Below, in pieces: positions 1-11,743 of a stretch of DNA of 56,777 bases. Source of the DNA: Trypethelium eluteriae (lineage: Eukaryota); contig JAVECL010000088.1 of assembly GCA_051942245.1 (NCBI GenBank), forward strand, positions 1-56,777, read 5' to 3'. Within the stretch, counting starts at the first letter, position 1. Every line of letters begins with the position of its first letter. A model generated the notes under the pieces. It saw only the letters and a program-made list of their open reading frames with translations. It did no database searches and was not told where the DNA came from. A program made the translations under genes and the position numbers.

Positions 1-1
1 G

Positions 2-88
2 TTGGGGGATATTCAGGCGGGGAAGGCGCTCAAGAAGGTGGAGACGAAGGATCGGAGTGCGAGTGCGGTGGCGGGGAGGGTCTTGTAG
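2..88 (+). CDS. PAN1: 3' end of a Pan1-like actin/endocytosis scaffold (C-terminal WH2-like motif), truncated by the window edge
   Basis: Frame from base 2 reads LGDIQAGKALKKVETKDRSASAVAGRVL* (TAG 86-88), matching the C-terminus typical of fungal Pan1 proteins. Confidence 0.75.
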   Translation: MGDIQAGKALKKVETKDRSASAVAGRVL

Positions 89-1301
89 ATACTGGAGTAG
101 ATTTAAGGTTTTGGAGAGGTTTGGCAAGATTGCGATAATGATTAGAGTTTCGTACTTGCGCTTCCATTGGGAACGTGCATAAGGCGTGGATGAGGTTGGG
201 TTGGATGCTTGGAGGATGTGGTGCATGTGCTTGTAGACAATGTATCTCTATAGTCTGACGTATTAGATTGTTATATGATCTTAATCTTGCATTCGAAGGT
301 TTGGAAATCTAGTTAATGCCACATCTGCAAAGTTTCTAGGCAGCAGTCGATTTAGGTTACTTACTAGCTACAAGTTCTAGCCTATTATTCAAAAAGCGTC
401 AATTTGGCAGTCACTTTGCTTGTGGTATGACAAACGAAATTCTCGAACGACATATTGCCAAATCGAAGTCAACTTGACTTACGGTATCACGAACATCAGG
501 CTTCTATCTTCTGATAACTTGATCTATATATACTGGTATCCTTTCAGTCATTCGAAAATACTGAAGGTCCAATCTTGGAGGTAATTCGGATCATACATGA
601 TGAATGCTGCTCCTACGTTTGATGGTTTTCTAGCTGATGCGTGCAGAACGCGACTATCTAGCCCTTGTTCGAACCTGTACTCATCCCAGAGGCGAGATGA
701 AAGTCGCCAATCTTTAGAGAAATGGTATCTGATTTACCTCAACCTGTATACCTGTAGCAATAGATCTCAGGGCGAAGATAAGGCCCCAACGGATCATGCG
801 ATGAAGCGCATGGAAAGGGAGACCTGAAGTTGAATATGTAGGGAGATCCTTAAGCACTGCAATGTCGACGCGCGATCCACAGGAAGACCACGAAGCGGAT
901 GCGAGAATACTGTACACCCGTTGCTGAGCTCATCCACCAAGCCATATGAGTTCGAGTAAGCTCAGTACTGGGAGGTCTTCATCGTATGGTTCCCCGCTCG
1001 CTCACACTCATAGTTGACAAAGACAATCCATGTCATATCTTCAGGGTACGAAGACTCAGTTTCGACAATCCATTGAAGTGTATGACGTAGCTGTTTCCAC
1101 AATCCGTATTGCTACATAGCAAAGGGTATGATTCTGTTGAACTACTGGGCAAGGGGCTTCTCCATGTCGAAGTAGCTACCTATTTGTCAGGTCTCGTCAT
1201 CAAATGGTTACCATCCCGGAGGTAGTTGATATCCTGCGGGTTTCTTCTTCAGTGGGTATCTGTGGTGAAATTCTGCGATCTTATGTTGGCATCCTTCTTG
1301 C

Positions 1302-2589
1302 TCAGGCCATATCTGGCCGAAACTTCTCTTTAACTGGAGCTTGTGCAGCTTTGTCTGCAATGGGATACATGGTTGACCTCAAGTCTTCCGAAGCCTGAGT
1401 TCTTTCGCCGTCTCCAAACAGTTTCTTGAAGCCATTGTCATAGCTTAACCAAACAGCTGAGAAGATCGCCTCTGCCAGCTTTCTTAGCCATTCCGGAGCT
1501 CTGCCATGGTCGTCGGAAAAGCGAGGAAATAACACAGTGAACAAAACAGTAAATATTGGACCCCAGATCATCGTAAAGATGGTTTGACCCAGACGTTGCC
1601 GTTGAGATGTCATGGTGTATGGTCGAAGTATACCCAGATATTCTCTATACTCGCTCGGCAAATTGCACTCTTCAGCCCCTGAGGTTATCAATTTGAGATA
1701 CCTAGCTGACGGTTGAGCATAGCTTGTGTCCGGACGTTGGAGGCGACCACCGTGTCCAGGAGTGGCACCCGGAGGCAATGCGGGAGAGAAGAGAGTGTGC
1801 GCCATGAAAGGCTTGCTGTCTGGATGTAAAGGGACCGTTGAAATGTCTGTGGGTAGAGCATAGCAAGGGATCAAAATGTCATTATACGAAATCCCTCCAC
1901 CTTCTGTAGCGATGATGTGGGCAAAGTCGGAAGGTGTGACTTCGTATACAACGCCAACGAGCCCTTTGTGCCATCGGTTCTTATGGTAACCAGATCTGCG
2001 CTTAGATTGGTGGAGAGGAAGGATGGAATTCTTATCATCAGAACCTAATATACCTTCTCGGGATAGCGATAGAGTATCCACTTCATGAGTGGCATCTCGT
2101 TTCGCTGTGTTGGCAAAACAAGGCTCATTGTAAGGAACGCCAGGAAGGTCGAAAGTGAGTCGAAGTTCTGGGACTACAACATTGACTTGCGAGAGAGGTT
2201 TGATGCCACGCCTGCCGCGAAAGGTTTCAGCTGCTAGATTGGATCCATACGCGAGGTACAGGAACGTCTCGCGCTCGGACTCGGGCTGGACCGCCCGTTG
2301 CTCTGATAGCAAGGGAATATCGGAATGGCTCCATTTATCTTTGACAGATTCGGAGGCTCTCTCAAGTTGCCTGTCGGAATGGACTGCAAAGCGTTGGAAG
2401 ACTTCACGACATCGGCATGCTGAGGCCAAGGCCCTTCGCTGCGATAGTGAAGGTAAGGAATTGGTGGGGTCCAACGACTATTGAATAAACCAGTGAGCCA
2501 TTGCTTCTTAACATAGTGATGAGTGAGTAAGGTAATACCTCTTGTGGCCGTGCCAAAGATTGCGTGCTTTGCACGAAAGTCGTCGCCAT
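1302..2589 (-). CDS. GliK-like gamma-glutamylcyclotransferase with C-terminal hydrophobic segment
   Basis: GGCT-family motif YLAYGSNL...LTFDLPGVPYNEPCFAN...GVVYEV...PSARYLKLI. ATG at 2589 with a 51-nt exon 1; intron 2538-2478 (GTATTA...AATAG) joins in frame to ORF 1302-2474. Confidence 0.85.
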
Positions 2590-3738
2590 AGAGCCGACTG
2601 ACTGGATAGGACCGGGATCTATCAGGTAGGCTTCTAGACGGCTAGGAAGCTCTTACACACCCTGCAGAGAGTTATAGGCAAGTGCTTTGATGATTGCGCG
2701 TCCCAAATTCAGGCTCTGGAGGTTGTATCTGCTTCAACAAATATCAGCACGACCAGATACAACGGCTATCTGACGTTCCTTTCCCCGGCGCTATCTCTTT
2801 CGCAGCTTACAAAGAACTGTCCGGATGACGCGCTCAATGGTACTGATAAAGGGCTAGTTTACCTAACTAGGTCTAGTCCCGATTCCCGGTCACTCACTAC
2901 ACCGGCTGCCGTTGAACACAATCCTAGACAGAACTCATGTCCGACAAAAGACTTCCCTCTCTGTGGCTCTTCAAGCAGATCACCAGCCAGCCGCCTTGAA
3001 GCATACGCATCCTTGTGGCCTATCTCCTGGGAACATTTCGTATGTAGGCTGTGTAATGCTAGAAAGTTCCTTCTTCCTCCGAATTTATCAGACTGTCGCC
3101 ATCGATAGCATCTATATGGCGTTGGAGAGCTCGTACTCAGCGTAGATATTGTACCTCTCCATTTTGCTTCGTAAGTCTTTAGCCATTGGAGGTAGATCTC
3201 GACTATGATGGATCACCAAACTATGCATATTGTGAGTATCCGAGAAGCATAGATTGCAACAGGGCTCTCGCTTTGCTGCGAAGATGACTTTCGCACGGAG
3301 GCTCTGGACAAGTAAAAACAGGGCACATCTTTAGGGCGGACAAAGAATCGCAACAAACTCCTGACCTTACGGCTGACTTGTAACTAACCATACCCTAGCT
3401 CCTTCACAATGTTTCTATCGCCGTCATATGAAGACTTGTCACGTATTCCATGCTTGGTACTAAATCACAGATAGAGTTCGTACTTATGTCTCATGAAATT
3501 AACATAATCCTTTTTTGGTGTGTTATCTTTGGAAAATTCTTTGTGAGGCTATACACTGACGAACATCACAGGTAAACGTTGAGTGTTGTTGTAAGGAAGT
3601 GACCTCGCCATGACGTACCCAGCAGGACGAATTCTGAATACATTGACACGTGACGCCATTGACCCGTACAAGTGTCGCACAATACATTTGGTTCTCTGAA
3701 TTTCTAGTAGCAGCTTGAGACCGATCCTTCATTTCAAA

Positions 3739-6700
3739 ATGGCGGAACCGCATCTGCCATATGGCGGTGGCGCTAGAGTCCTTGTATCGAAGTTGATCTC
3801 GATCAGTCCACCACATCGACCAGAAGGTATGCAGTCGCAACGCAGCTTGGCGTGCACCGATGAATATGGAAACTCAATACCTCGAGATCCGCAAATAAAC
3901 AAGGATGCCGATACTGGCATTGCCAGTGATCACCAACGTCCCAGCACATCCAAAGCTACGGAAATAGAAGAAATCGCTATTGGCGATGACACAATTGCGC
4001 CGAACACCACTCATAGTCAGAACCTTGCCGAGCGTCAAGCCCAATGCGACATGCAAACTCAGCGGGACTGTGGATCTGCAACTCCTTCTCCAACGAAGAG
4101 AGGTGATAACATCAATAAATCTGGCTCCCGAGAGCTACCCGCACAAGGATTACCCGTTCAACTCACTTCAGCCTCTCGGTCTGCGCGTCCGCATCAGATC
4201 CATCAGAATCTGACCGAAGATGATAGCAGAGCACGAAAGGTGGATATTGGTGACTCACATGGGCAGTCTCGTCTAGAGACTCGAACCGTCAAGACTCCGA
4301 ATCACATTTGGCTCCAAAAATTGGACAATGACGAGAGGTCTGGTGAAGCCGAGCATGGCCTTGAGAAGGCAAAACTGGACCAGTGGGAGAAACGTAAACA
4401 GCGGTTTGTGCAAGAAAACAGCCGACGTAATCCTAAAACGAAGGCCAGAGTAGCGTCCAAAACACACGGATCGCGCTTGCAAGAGAGTTCAGAAACGAAT
4501 GTCAAAACCATTAGTGTCCAAAGATCAGATGCTCCAGCAAGCACTATCAGCAGAGCCAAGCTGACCAAAATGACGCGTAATGCTCATGCAGATGCACACT
4601 GTGCGCCTCCTCCTCCAAGCTCTGCGCAATCATCCAAGAGTGCGGCAGCTCTTGCACAGCTTGACTTTGCCCTGCCACCAGCACACGAGTCTCTTCCCAA
4701 GTCGAGGGTCGAGGTCTCCAAAATGCCACAAAAGCTCATTCGACGGCTCCAAGATGGCGACAAGCAAGGTTCACCCATCAATACATCACCTCGAGAACCT
4801 CTCAATAAGCCTAGAAATGCATATTCACCGATGAAGATAGGCTTATCTAATGTGCATGACTCGGGCTCTAAAATATCACCTCCAGAACCAAATAAAACCG
4901 AATCCAATGGAGGCCTTGATATTTTTGAGCTTGAGGTCGAAACTGGGTTGACACCAGCCCCTCCCAAGGCAAAAGCTAGCATCACGAGCAAAAGGGGAAA
5001 GGGGAGGAAGACGGACCATGCTGCCAGAAACAGTTCAAGCAAAAACAACAGTTCCTCTAAAAAGTCACCAAGAGCGGCACAAAGGCAGGCAAGAGTCCAG
5101 AAAAGTAAAGACGGCCCCACAGCTTTGAACAAGAAAGCTTCATCGACCAAAGACGGTCTGGACTCTCCGAAACTTGCCGAAACAGCGAAGCCGCAGCACC
5201 ACGTTGATACACGCCAGACATCTCACAAATTTGATCCTACCGCATCTCGCGAGACGAATCGGTCGCAAGCTGTAAGGACCATACAGGATGATGATCGAAC
5301 AAAAAGATCTACATTATCTCCTGGTAAAAATCTGCAGGGGCTTTCTCGAGTAAATGCTACCGTGACCAAGGGAGCTGGTGAGGACGAGAAGGAGCCATCC
5401 GAAGGCTTACAAGAGCAAGACCAGGAGGCGTCATACGAACACTTCGAGCAGGAGATAACGCACATTAGAGATGGAGAAGATGAAGTCAACATTATGATAA
5501 CTGACGGGGAGAGGCAAGAAATCGCACCAGCACCGAAGGATGATTCGCACGAGCAAAAGCCCGCGCACTCAAGATTGTCCGGTAGAGAGAGAACTAACCC
5601 AACCGCGCAAACCGGTCATGACAAGGAAATGGCCAATTGCTCTGCTTATCATACTACATCCCCGAGTGCTAGCGTTGTTGAGGAACAAGCGAAATTGCCA
5701 CTTGGACGTCAATCCACGCACACAATTCAAGGAAGGAAGCGCTCACTAGAAAACCAGGGACCGACACAAGTTCAAGGAAATGAGGCCTCTGCGAAAAAAG
5801 TCCTGCTCTATTCTACGTCACCAATCGATAGTCCCGCAGCCTTGAAACTTTCCTTGGATCCGGAACTTGATGTACAGCCACATATTGACAGATTGCAATC
5901 TCCTGAGATGGGAGCCTTACCTCGCGAAGATCATCGCTCGATCTTGAAGCCGAATTCTGCTCCGGAAGAGAAAAGCCAAGGAAGATTTTCATCGGCCCAA
6001 CACAAGGAACCCCTCGCGAAAGGAAATCCAAAAACACCCTTAAGTAGTAGTGGTGATTTGAGATTGCAGTTCAACGCTGCCCCAAAGCTACCCCTACCAG
6101 CAAAATTCAATCCACTACCGGTGTCTGTGAGTTCTATTTGCCACTTACAGCAATCGATAACTCCCGCAAATGCAATACGACACAAGGGTGAAACACAATC
6201 ATCAGACCTCGTGGACGAAAAGATGCACCGAAAATCGCCAATAATCCACTTTACAGCCCTGGGGCCTATGAATCAAGGCGTCACAACGAGTTCCACATTG
6301 GGCACAAGCAAGGGCGAGGTATCAGAAAAACCGGCTCCACAGAAGCGTCATGCAGAAGAGCCACTTGGCGATTTGTCAGAGCTTCGGCAAGCCAAGCGGC
6401 CTTTGGTGGTGGATGAACATACACAGACTACGGCCGAGAGCGAAGACAGACTTGGCCGAACGACGCACGCTGGTCTCCAGAAGCACTCTCTGCAATCCAC
6501 ACAACAGAATATTCGCGGTAGGTCAACGCAGATAAGCGACAATGGCAGTCCGCTGCCTATCATGGTGGATGACTCTGGTCGTCAACGTGTACTCGGTGCG
6601 CTGTCGGACAGTGGGCATGAAGAGCTACGGGCTCCTCCCAAATCCGCATACTATGACTTGGCCACTGCTCAAACAGAGCAAGACGAAGATTTGTCCAATG

Positions 6701-7557
6701 CAGCAGCATCCTATTGCACAGTACCCACACAAATCTTATCACAACCCCCAAACTTTTTCTCCAGTAACACCAAAGCCCGTCCACAAGCGCCCACTGCCGT
6801 ATCCCAGGCCATTTCCGGTTATGCATCCGTGCGAGTGGTAGAACAAAGCGTACGGAAAGCAGAGCGGGAATTAGACAAGGAAATTGGTCTCTTCGCTTCT
6901 CCCTCCAAGTCTCCTCCCAAGGACCACCCAACCGCCAAGCCGAAAACGACCCGTTTCATGCGCTCCTTGCGAGCGCAAATGGACACTGTTAGAACCCAGA
7001 AGGACGGAGTGACTGAGCGTCGAAGTGTCGAGGATCCCGGCGCTACTCTTGTCGAAGGCCAACGCCACCATCGCGACGGTCAGAGCTATACCTCTACTAG
7101 CACTGCCAGTACCGAGGATACGGATTCGGAAGAGGCTGAAGAAGAAGAAGACCCTTTGGCTGTTGAACGCCGGGAGGCAGTGGAGTGGGGGGACGCTTTG
7201 CGGCCACATCAGCGCGAAGTGGTGGCTATCCTGAGCCGGATTACGCGGGAGGTGGTGCGGCATCTGGTCGCTGCAGACGAGGCAGTGGACCAGCTGGTTG
7301 GGGACTATGGGAGGGGTGGAGCGGAGCTAATCGAGTCCATGGAGAGGGCGCATGGGGAGGAGTTAGAGGGGCGCATGGTAGAGCTGAAGGGGAGGAAAGA
7401 GGCGATGAGGAGGTTATTGAGTGGTGTGGAGGCGAAGGTCTTTAATAATGGAAGGGATGTGAGGAGCCTCGGACTTAGGAAAGAGGTGGTAGCTGAGACG
7501 CAAGAGCATCATGAAAATGTGATGAGTGGGCTACAGGAGCTTACCGCTGGGCTTTGA
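3739..7557 (+). CDS. Large low-complexity (S/K/Q/P-rich) hypothetical protein with C-terminal predicted helical/coiled-coil region; 5' end uncertain
   Basis: 3.8-kb uninterrupted ORF, first ATG in AAAATGG context at 3739. Splice-like signals at about 3390-3575 suggest possible upstream exons. Confidence 0.75.
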   Translation: MAEPHLPYGGGARVLVSKLISISPPHRPEGMQSQRSLACTDEYGNSIPRDPQINKDADTGIASDHQRPSTSKATEIEEIAIGDDTIAPNTTHSQNLAERQAQCDMQTQRDCGSATPSPTKRGDNINKSGSRELPAQGLPVQLTSASRSARPHQIHQNLTEDDSRARKVDIGDSHGQSRLETRTVKTPNHIWLQKLDNDERSGEAEHGLEKAKLDQWEKRKQRFVQENSRRNPKTKARVASKTHGSRLQESSETNVKTISVQRSDAPASTISRAKLTKMTRNAHADAHCAPPPPSSAQSSKSAAALAQLDFALPPAHESLPKSRVEVSKMPQKLIRRLQDGDKQGSPINTSPREPLNKPRNAYSPMKIGLSNVHDSGSKISPPEPNKTESNGGLDIFELEVETGLTPAPPKAKASITSKRGKGRKTDHAARNSSSKNNSSSKKSPRAAQRQARVQKSKDGPTALNKKASSTKDGLDSPKLAETAKPQHHVDTRQTSHKFDPTASRETNRSQAVRTIQDDDRTKRSTLSPGKNLQGLSRVNATVTKGAGEDEKEPSEGLQEQDQEASYEHFEQEITHIRDGEDEVNIMITDGERQEIAPAPKDDSHEQKPAHSRLSGRERTNPTAQTGHDKEMANCSAYHTTSPSASVVEEQAKLPLGRQSTHTIQGRKRSLENQGPTQVQGNEASAKKVLLYSTSPIDSPAALKLSLDPELDVQPHIDRLQSPEMGALPREDHRSILKPNSAPEEKSQGRFSSAQHKEPLAKGNPKTPLSSSGDLRLQFNAAPKLPLPAKFNPLPVSVSSICHLQQSITPANAIRHKGETQSSDLVDEKMHRKSPIIHFTALGPMNQGVTTSSTLGTSKGEVSEKPAPQKRHAEEPLGDLSELRQAKRPLVVDEHTQTTAESEDRLGRTTHAGLQKHSLQSTQQNIRGRSTQISDNGSPLPIMVDDSGRQRVLGALSDSGHEELRAPPKSAYYDLATAQTEQDEDLSNAAASYCTVPTQILSQPPNFFSSNTKARPQAPTAVSQAISGYASVRVVEQSVRKAERELDKEIGLFASPSKSPPKDHPTAKPKTTRFMRSLRAQMDTVRTQKDGVTERRSVEDPGATLVEGQRHHRDGQSYTSTSTASTEDTDSEEAEEEEDPLAVERREAVEWGDALRPHQREVVAILSRITREVVRHLVAADEAVDQLVGDYGRGGAELIESMERAHGEELEGRMVELKGRKEAMRRLLSGVEAKVFNNGRDVRSLGLRKEVVAETQEHHENVMSGLQELTAGL

Positions 7558-8290
7558 TATGGGGGAATGTGAGGATAAGATGAGACATGAATTATGCTCT
7601 TTGCTCGTGGGTCATGGCCCTGCTTACGGGCTAACAATATGGCTTATTGGATGGGGGACCGAGATCGTACGAATTACTAAAAGCTGATGCTGATAACAGG
7701 ATGCGGAGGGATCACCTTGAGTGGCTCAAGACGAACGAGCTGTGTTTTTATTGGTATGAAGACCTGCAGGATGAAGGCATGTACATTGCTCTATTATCAC
7801 GAATGCGGTGAACACGCAAGCCTAGCCTGAAATGAAATTCGCTAGGATCTGATATCTATCTCCCATTACCTCCGCTGCCTAGAGAAGGGACGCGCGAAAG
7901 GTCAGAATGAAACAGGACAACTTGCCCTACCCAGGCGCCGGAGGTCCGGCCTCTTTAAGGATATCTTTCAGCAAAAGCATAGCACCCACAGACCCAAAGA
8001 TACATGGATGCAAAACCCAACCTGCCCATTGCGGGCAAATGCATGTACATGAAGCGTGAATAGGAAACACCCTTCCCAAAGCTAGACATGCAGCTTTCAA
8101 CCTCTGAACCAGAGTAACACCGTTCCAGGTCCCGTAACAATCGTTGCTGTACATGCGGAAATGCTCACGAAGCCATCCCACATATCCGCTCCTTCGTGTT
8201 TCCAGCCCTCCATGACTCTGCCGCGAGCGGTATCTCATCCCACTATGACGTCTCTGAGGTAACCCTTCCTCCCTCCCCCTTCTTTCCAAC

Positions 8291-10149
8291 TCAAATAAAC
8301 ACCACAATCTCCCCCCTCTCATTCCTCCGCAGTCTCAAACTCTTCCACAGCTCCTTCTCCTCCTCCCACTTCTCGCTCCTCGCCGCGCCTCCACCCCGTC
8401 CGCTCCCACCCTGACTGCCGCCGCCGCCCTCACTCCCCCGCTCGCGATGCCACCTCTTCAGCGCCTTGTTCATGCTGCAGCCCCGCTCGGAGTCCGGGCC
8501 TTTATTCACGAACGAGAGAAAGTGGGTTGCGCGGTCGTTGGGCTGGTAGTATGGGATCAGCTGGTTTTGCTGCTGGGACTGGGGTTGTGTAGGGGCGGAG
8601 GTTTCGGACTTGGGGTATTCGATGGCTTTGAGCTGTTGTTGGCGAGGGGGATGAGGTGGAGAGTTGGAGTGGTGCGGTGAGTGGCGATGGTGGTGATGGT
8701 GGTGTCGCTTGCCGTTGTCGTCGGCCTGGGAGCGATCGGAGCGTTGGTGGTGGTGACGTGAGGAATGGGTGGTGGAGGAGGCGGAGGTCTTGCGGGATTG
8801 GGTGTCCTTGTCTTGGGAACCGGAGTGAGACTTCTCAGACTTGGTTTTTTTGGATTTCGCCTTGTCCTTTTTATCGTTCTTAGGACGATCCTTCTTCAGC
8901 TGGCGAGGTTTGGTTGGACTTGGGCCTGAAGCTTCGCCAGAATATTCTGGAGAAGGTGGAAGACCTGCCCGAGACATGAGACGGTTTAGGCCGCCAGTCA
9001 GACCTGAATGAAGGGGTGGTGGGGCATCGGTCATGACCTCGTCTTGGGATGCGCTCTTCACAAGAGAGAGGTCTAGCGATTCAACATGGTTCCGCTTTCG
9101 CCTCTTCTCCGATTTGCTTCCTTTCTTCCGGTCATTTTCTCCGTCACGTTGAGAACTAGTATCCCGTTCGCGCTTGGGGGCAGGTGTAACGTATTGTTGG
9201 TGGGCAGAAGGCAGATCCGCATAAGAATCGTACCGCTCAAACGAAGGCTCCAGAGGATCGGAGCCGTAAGAATAACCGTAGTCCATGGGCGCAGGTGGCG
9301 GCTGCGAGTACATAAATTGCGAGTGATAGACGGGAGTGTATGCGGGCGGTTGATCGCTGATTACCGATTCATGTGCCTTATCGTCTATCAAATGGGCTTC
9401 CACTACTGGTGGCAGCGATGTTTTGGTTGCACTTGGGGTATCGTCTGTTATTAGAAAGTCGAACACGTTGACCGGTTGGCCTTGAATCGCAGCTGCGGCT
9501 GGAGGCGGACTGGGCGCCCGGGGGGGTACATCAATAACAGCGACGGTGCCGTTGGTTTCAAGGTCGGGCGCATCTTCCACGTAAGCCTTGTGTGGAACTA
9601 GAGCTCGAGATTGTTCGTTTGTTGGGGTTTTCGGCTGCGATTGAGATTGCGATTGTGATTTGGATTTCTTGTCTTTGTAGAGCGCGCCTTGGTATTTTTG
9701 CGCCTCGCTAATGCAGCTCTGTTGGATGCATGAACCGGTTAGCGTTCCGCACTTGGGACAATGGGCAGAGTAAGCGGACAACACGCGTGATTCGCGTCGC
9801 GACAGCTAGAGCTGCTCTGCCAAATCACCAAAGGTGATGCCAATCTCCATTGCACGAATGGACATGGTGTTGTGGCAGCAGAGGACGGATGGTTGGTTAA
9901 CGTACGGTATGAGATCTGTAGTCGGTCCCTTGAAAATGCACCATGCAATCGAGGCAGGTGAAGGTGGCGCCATAGCATTGGTTGCGATGGCTATCGAGCT
10001 TCTTCTTGGTGAGGACATCGCCGCAGTTCTGGTGGCGCGGTGTCAGCTGTCAAACGGTGGCTTGGTGTTTCTGGGTTACCGCGACGTAGCGAAGCAATCC
10101 AGATAAAGAGTCCAAAGGGCCAGCTCACCTCACACGAGAAGGAGACCAT
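8291..10149 (-). CDS. LYAR-type C2HC zinc-finger nucleolar protein
   Basis: Spliced N-terminus MVSFSCE|NCGDVLTKKKLDSHRNQCYGATFTCLDCMVHFQGTDYRSHT|SCISEAQKYQG. Exons 10149-10129, 10028-9906, 9718-8291; both introns GT-AG, phase 0. Confidence 0.9.
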
Positions 10150-10382
10150 GATGAATAGTCGGTGTAGTCGTCAAGAGTAGCGGTGAAGATAGCCGGCGAA
10201 TCCTCGAGAAATAAGATGCGACGGGCTACTGCAGCATCTCAGGGGCAGAAGTCGCAGAAAGGCCAAGAGCGTCATCCGGTATATTTAGCACATGAGGCGG
10301 ACGATAGTGGGGAGGGTCGAGGGGTGGGTGATCGGACGGCTTCATAAAATTATGTTGTGTTGTGGCTTTTTTGTACGCGTTC

Positions 10383-10670
10383 CAGGGCTACATAACCTGA
10401 ACTACCGGGCGCGTGCCGAGGCGAGAATGTATGGTGTATGAATGAGTCGTCTGCGATTGTTTGAGCAGCGTCTCGACACTTTTTCAGGAGCCCTGTGCCC
10501 TGGCCTGGCGCGCCCCCGGTGCCCCTGGCCGAGATCGCCCTTTGGTTCTTGTCATGCAGTAGGCCCGTCGTGGCTGCAGCGACCATCACGCGCGTATGCA
10601 CTGCAGCCTCTCCTGCAGACGGGCCAGCAGCATGACGTCCGGCCGGCTTCGCAATAGGCTGCACACGGCC
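10383..10670. ncRNA. Candidate structured non-coding RNA, family unassigned
   Basis: Stacked complementary arms: 10383-89/10489-95, 10396-401/10483-88, 10551-57/10630-36, 10562-69/10618-25, 10572-79/10601-08, 10641-45/10666-70. Confidence 0.4.
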
Positions 10671-10947
10671 CTCTAAAGGCTTCTAAATGCTAAGTTGCAT
10701 CTGTGGACTGTGGCTTGCAATGCTTCAAGATCGTCTTATTATGTACAGAGACCCTCGATACTTGGAATCAAAACCGCTATCAAAACTTGAATGCGCCGTG
10801 GCTCAATGCAGCAACATGATCTTACTCCAATGTCTCTCATGTCTCATATGTCAACGAAAACGACTGACTATCTTGGTCATCCGCCTCTCTGGAAACTGTT
10901 GACACTTGGTTCAGTATGCAGTTGTCTCTAAACTTGGGTCCTTGGAC

Positions 10948-11743
10948 CTACTCTTCTTTCTCAAGTTGTGGTAATGGTGCCGCTGCCTTCTTTGCCTTTA
11001 CCCCGGCTTCCTTTGCACCGTTGCTTTTACTACTGACAAGATCATCAGACAGTGTCCTTGTATTGGACTTATTATCGGTAGATCCCGTCTCGTCATCCGC
11101 GCATCCACAGTCGTAGAAGTCGCCAATTTTCGAGCAATCAAATTCTTCCTTGTCCAGTGACTTGTTGACCTCGTTATGCACGTGGCATGCCCAGCCTGCC
11201 GCTGTATTACGCGACGTTACTTGGGGTGGGTATTTGTTGAGGATGGTCTGGAAATGATGCGCGCATTCGCCACTTACATGCACCTGTTAGCAGTGTCTAC
11301 TGAGCATGGAAAATGTAGAACTCACCAAGGGTACAGACGCGCGAAAAGCAATATGTACGAATGCAACGCATTCTTCTCGTCTGCGCTCGGTTTCTCGGGG
11401 AAGCGCGCCATGGTAGTGTGGAAAAGCTTCCACGCCGCCCGACCGAGCTCTGCTCTTTTTCGTGCGGGTCAGCTAACATCACGGGAGAAAGCGGAGAAGT
11501 TACGTATGTCGAAAAAGCGTACTTGACTGTCTCATTCCCAAGCTTCGGTGCTATCGCGTGACCTGTAAGCGTGCTATCTTGCATATCCACATGGTGTGCT
11601 GGCACGTTCCCGACATCATTCAGCGGATGCCGGACACCCTCTGCTTGTCTTCGGAATGTAAGGACAAAGTACACTGTGAGGAGGCCAGCTACGATCAGAT
11701 AGAGTATCAGGAAGCGGCGATTTGGACCAGAATGTGAAACCAT
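10948..11743 (-). CDS. ERV2: FAD-linked sulfhydryl oxidase, Erv2 type
   Basis: N-terminal TM anchor; ELGRAAWKLFHT...YP-CGEC redox motif; WACHVHNEVN; C-terminal YDCGC; two introns. Confidence 0.92.

Noticed and set aside
597..1398. Short ORFs downstream of PAN1/GliK, and the many antisense or alternative-frame ORFs inside real genes (e.g. 39824-40771, 55005-55811)
   Set aside because: No motifs; explained by chance or by stop-codon depletion in GC-rich, skewed codon stretches.
9822..9862. U1 snRNA-like words on the + strand (ATCACCAAAGG, TCCATTGCAC)
   Set aside because: No ATACTTACC 5' end, no Sm site, spacing too short, and antisense to the LYAR intron.
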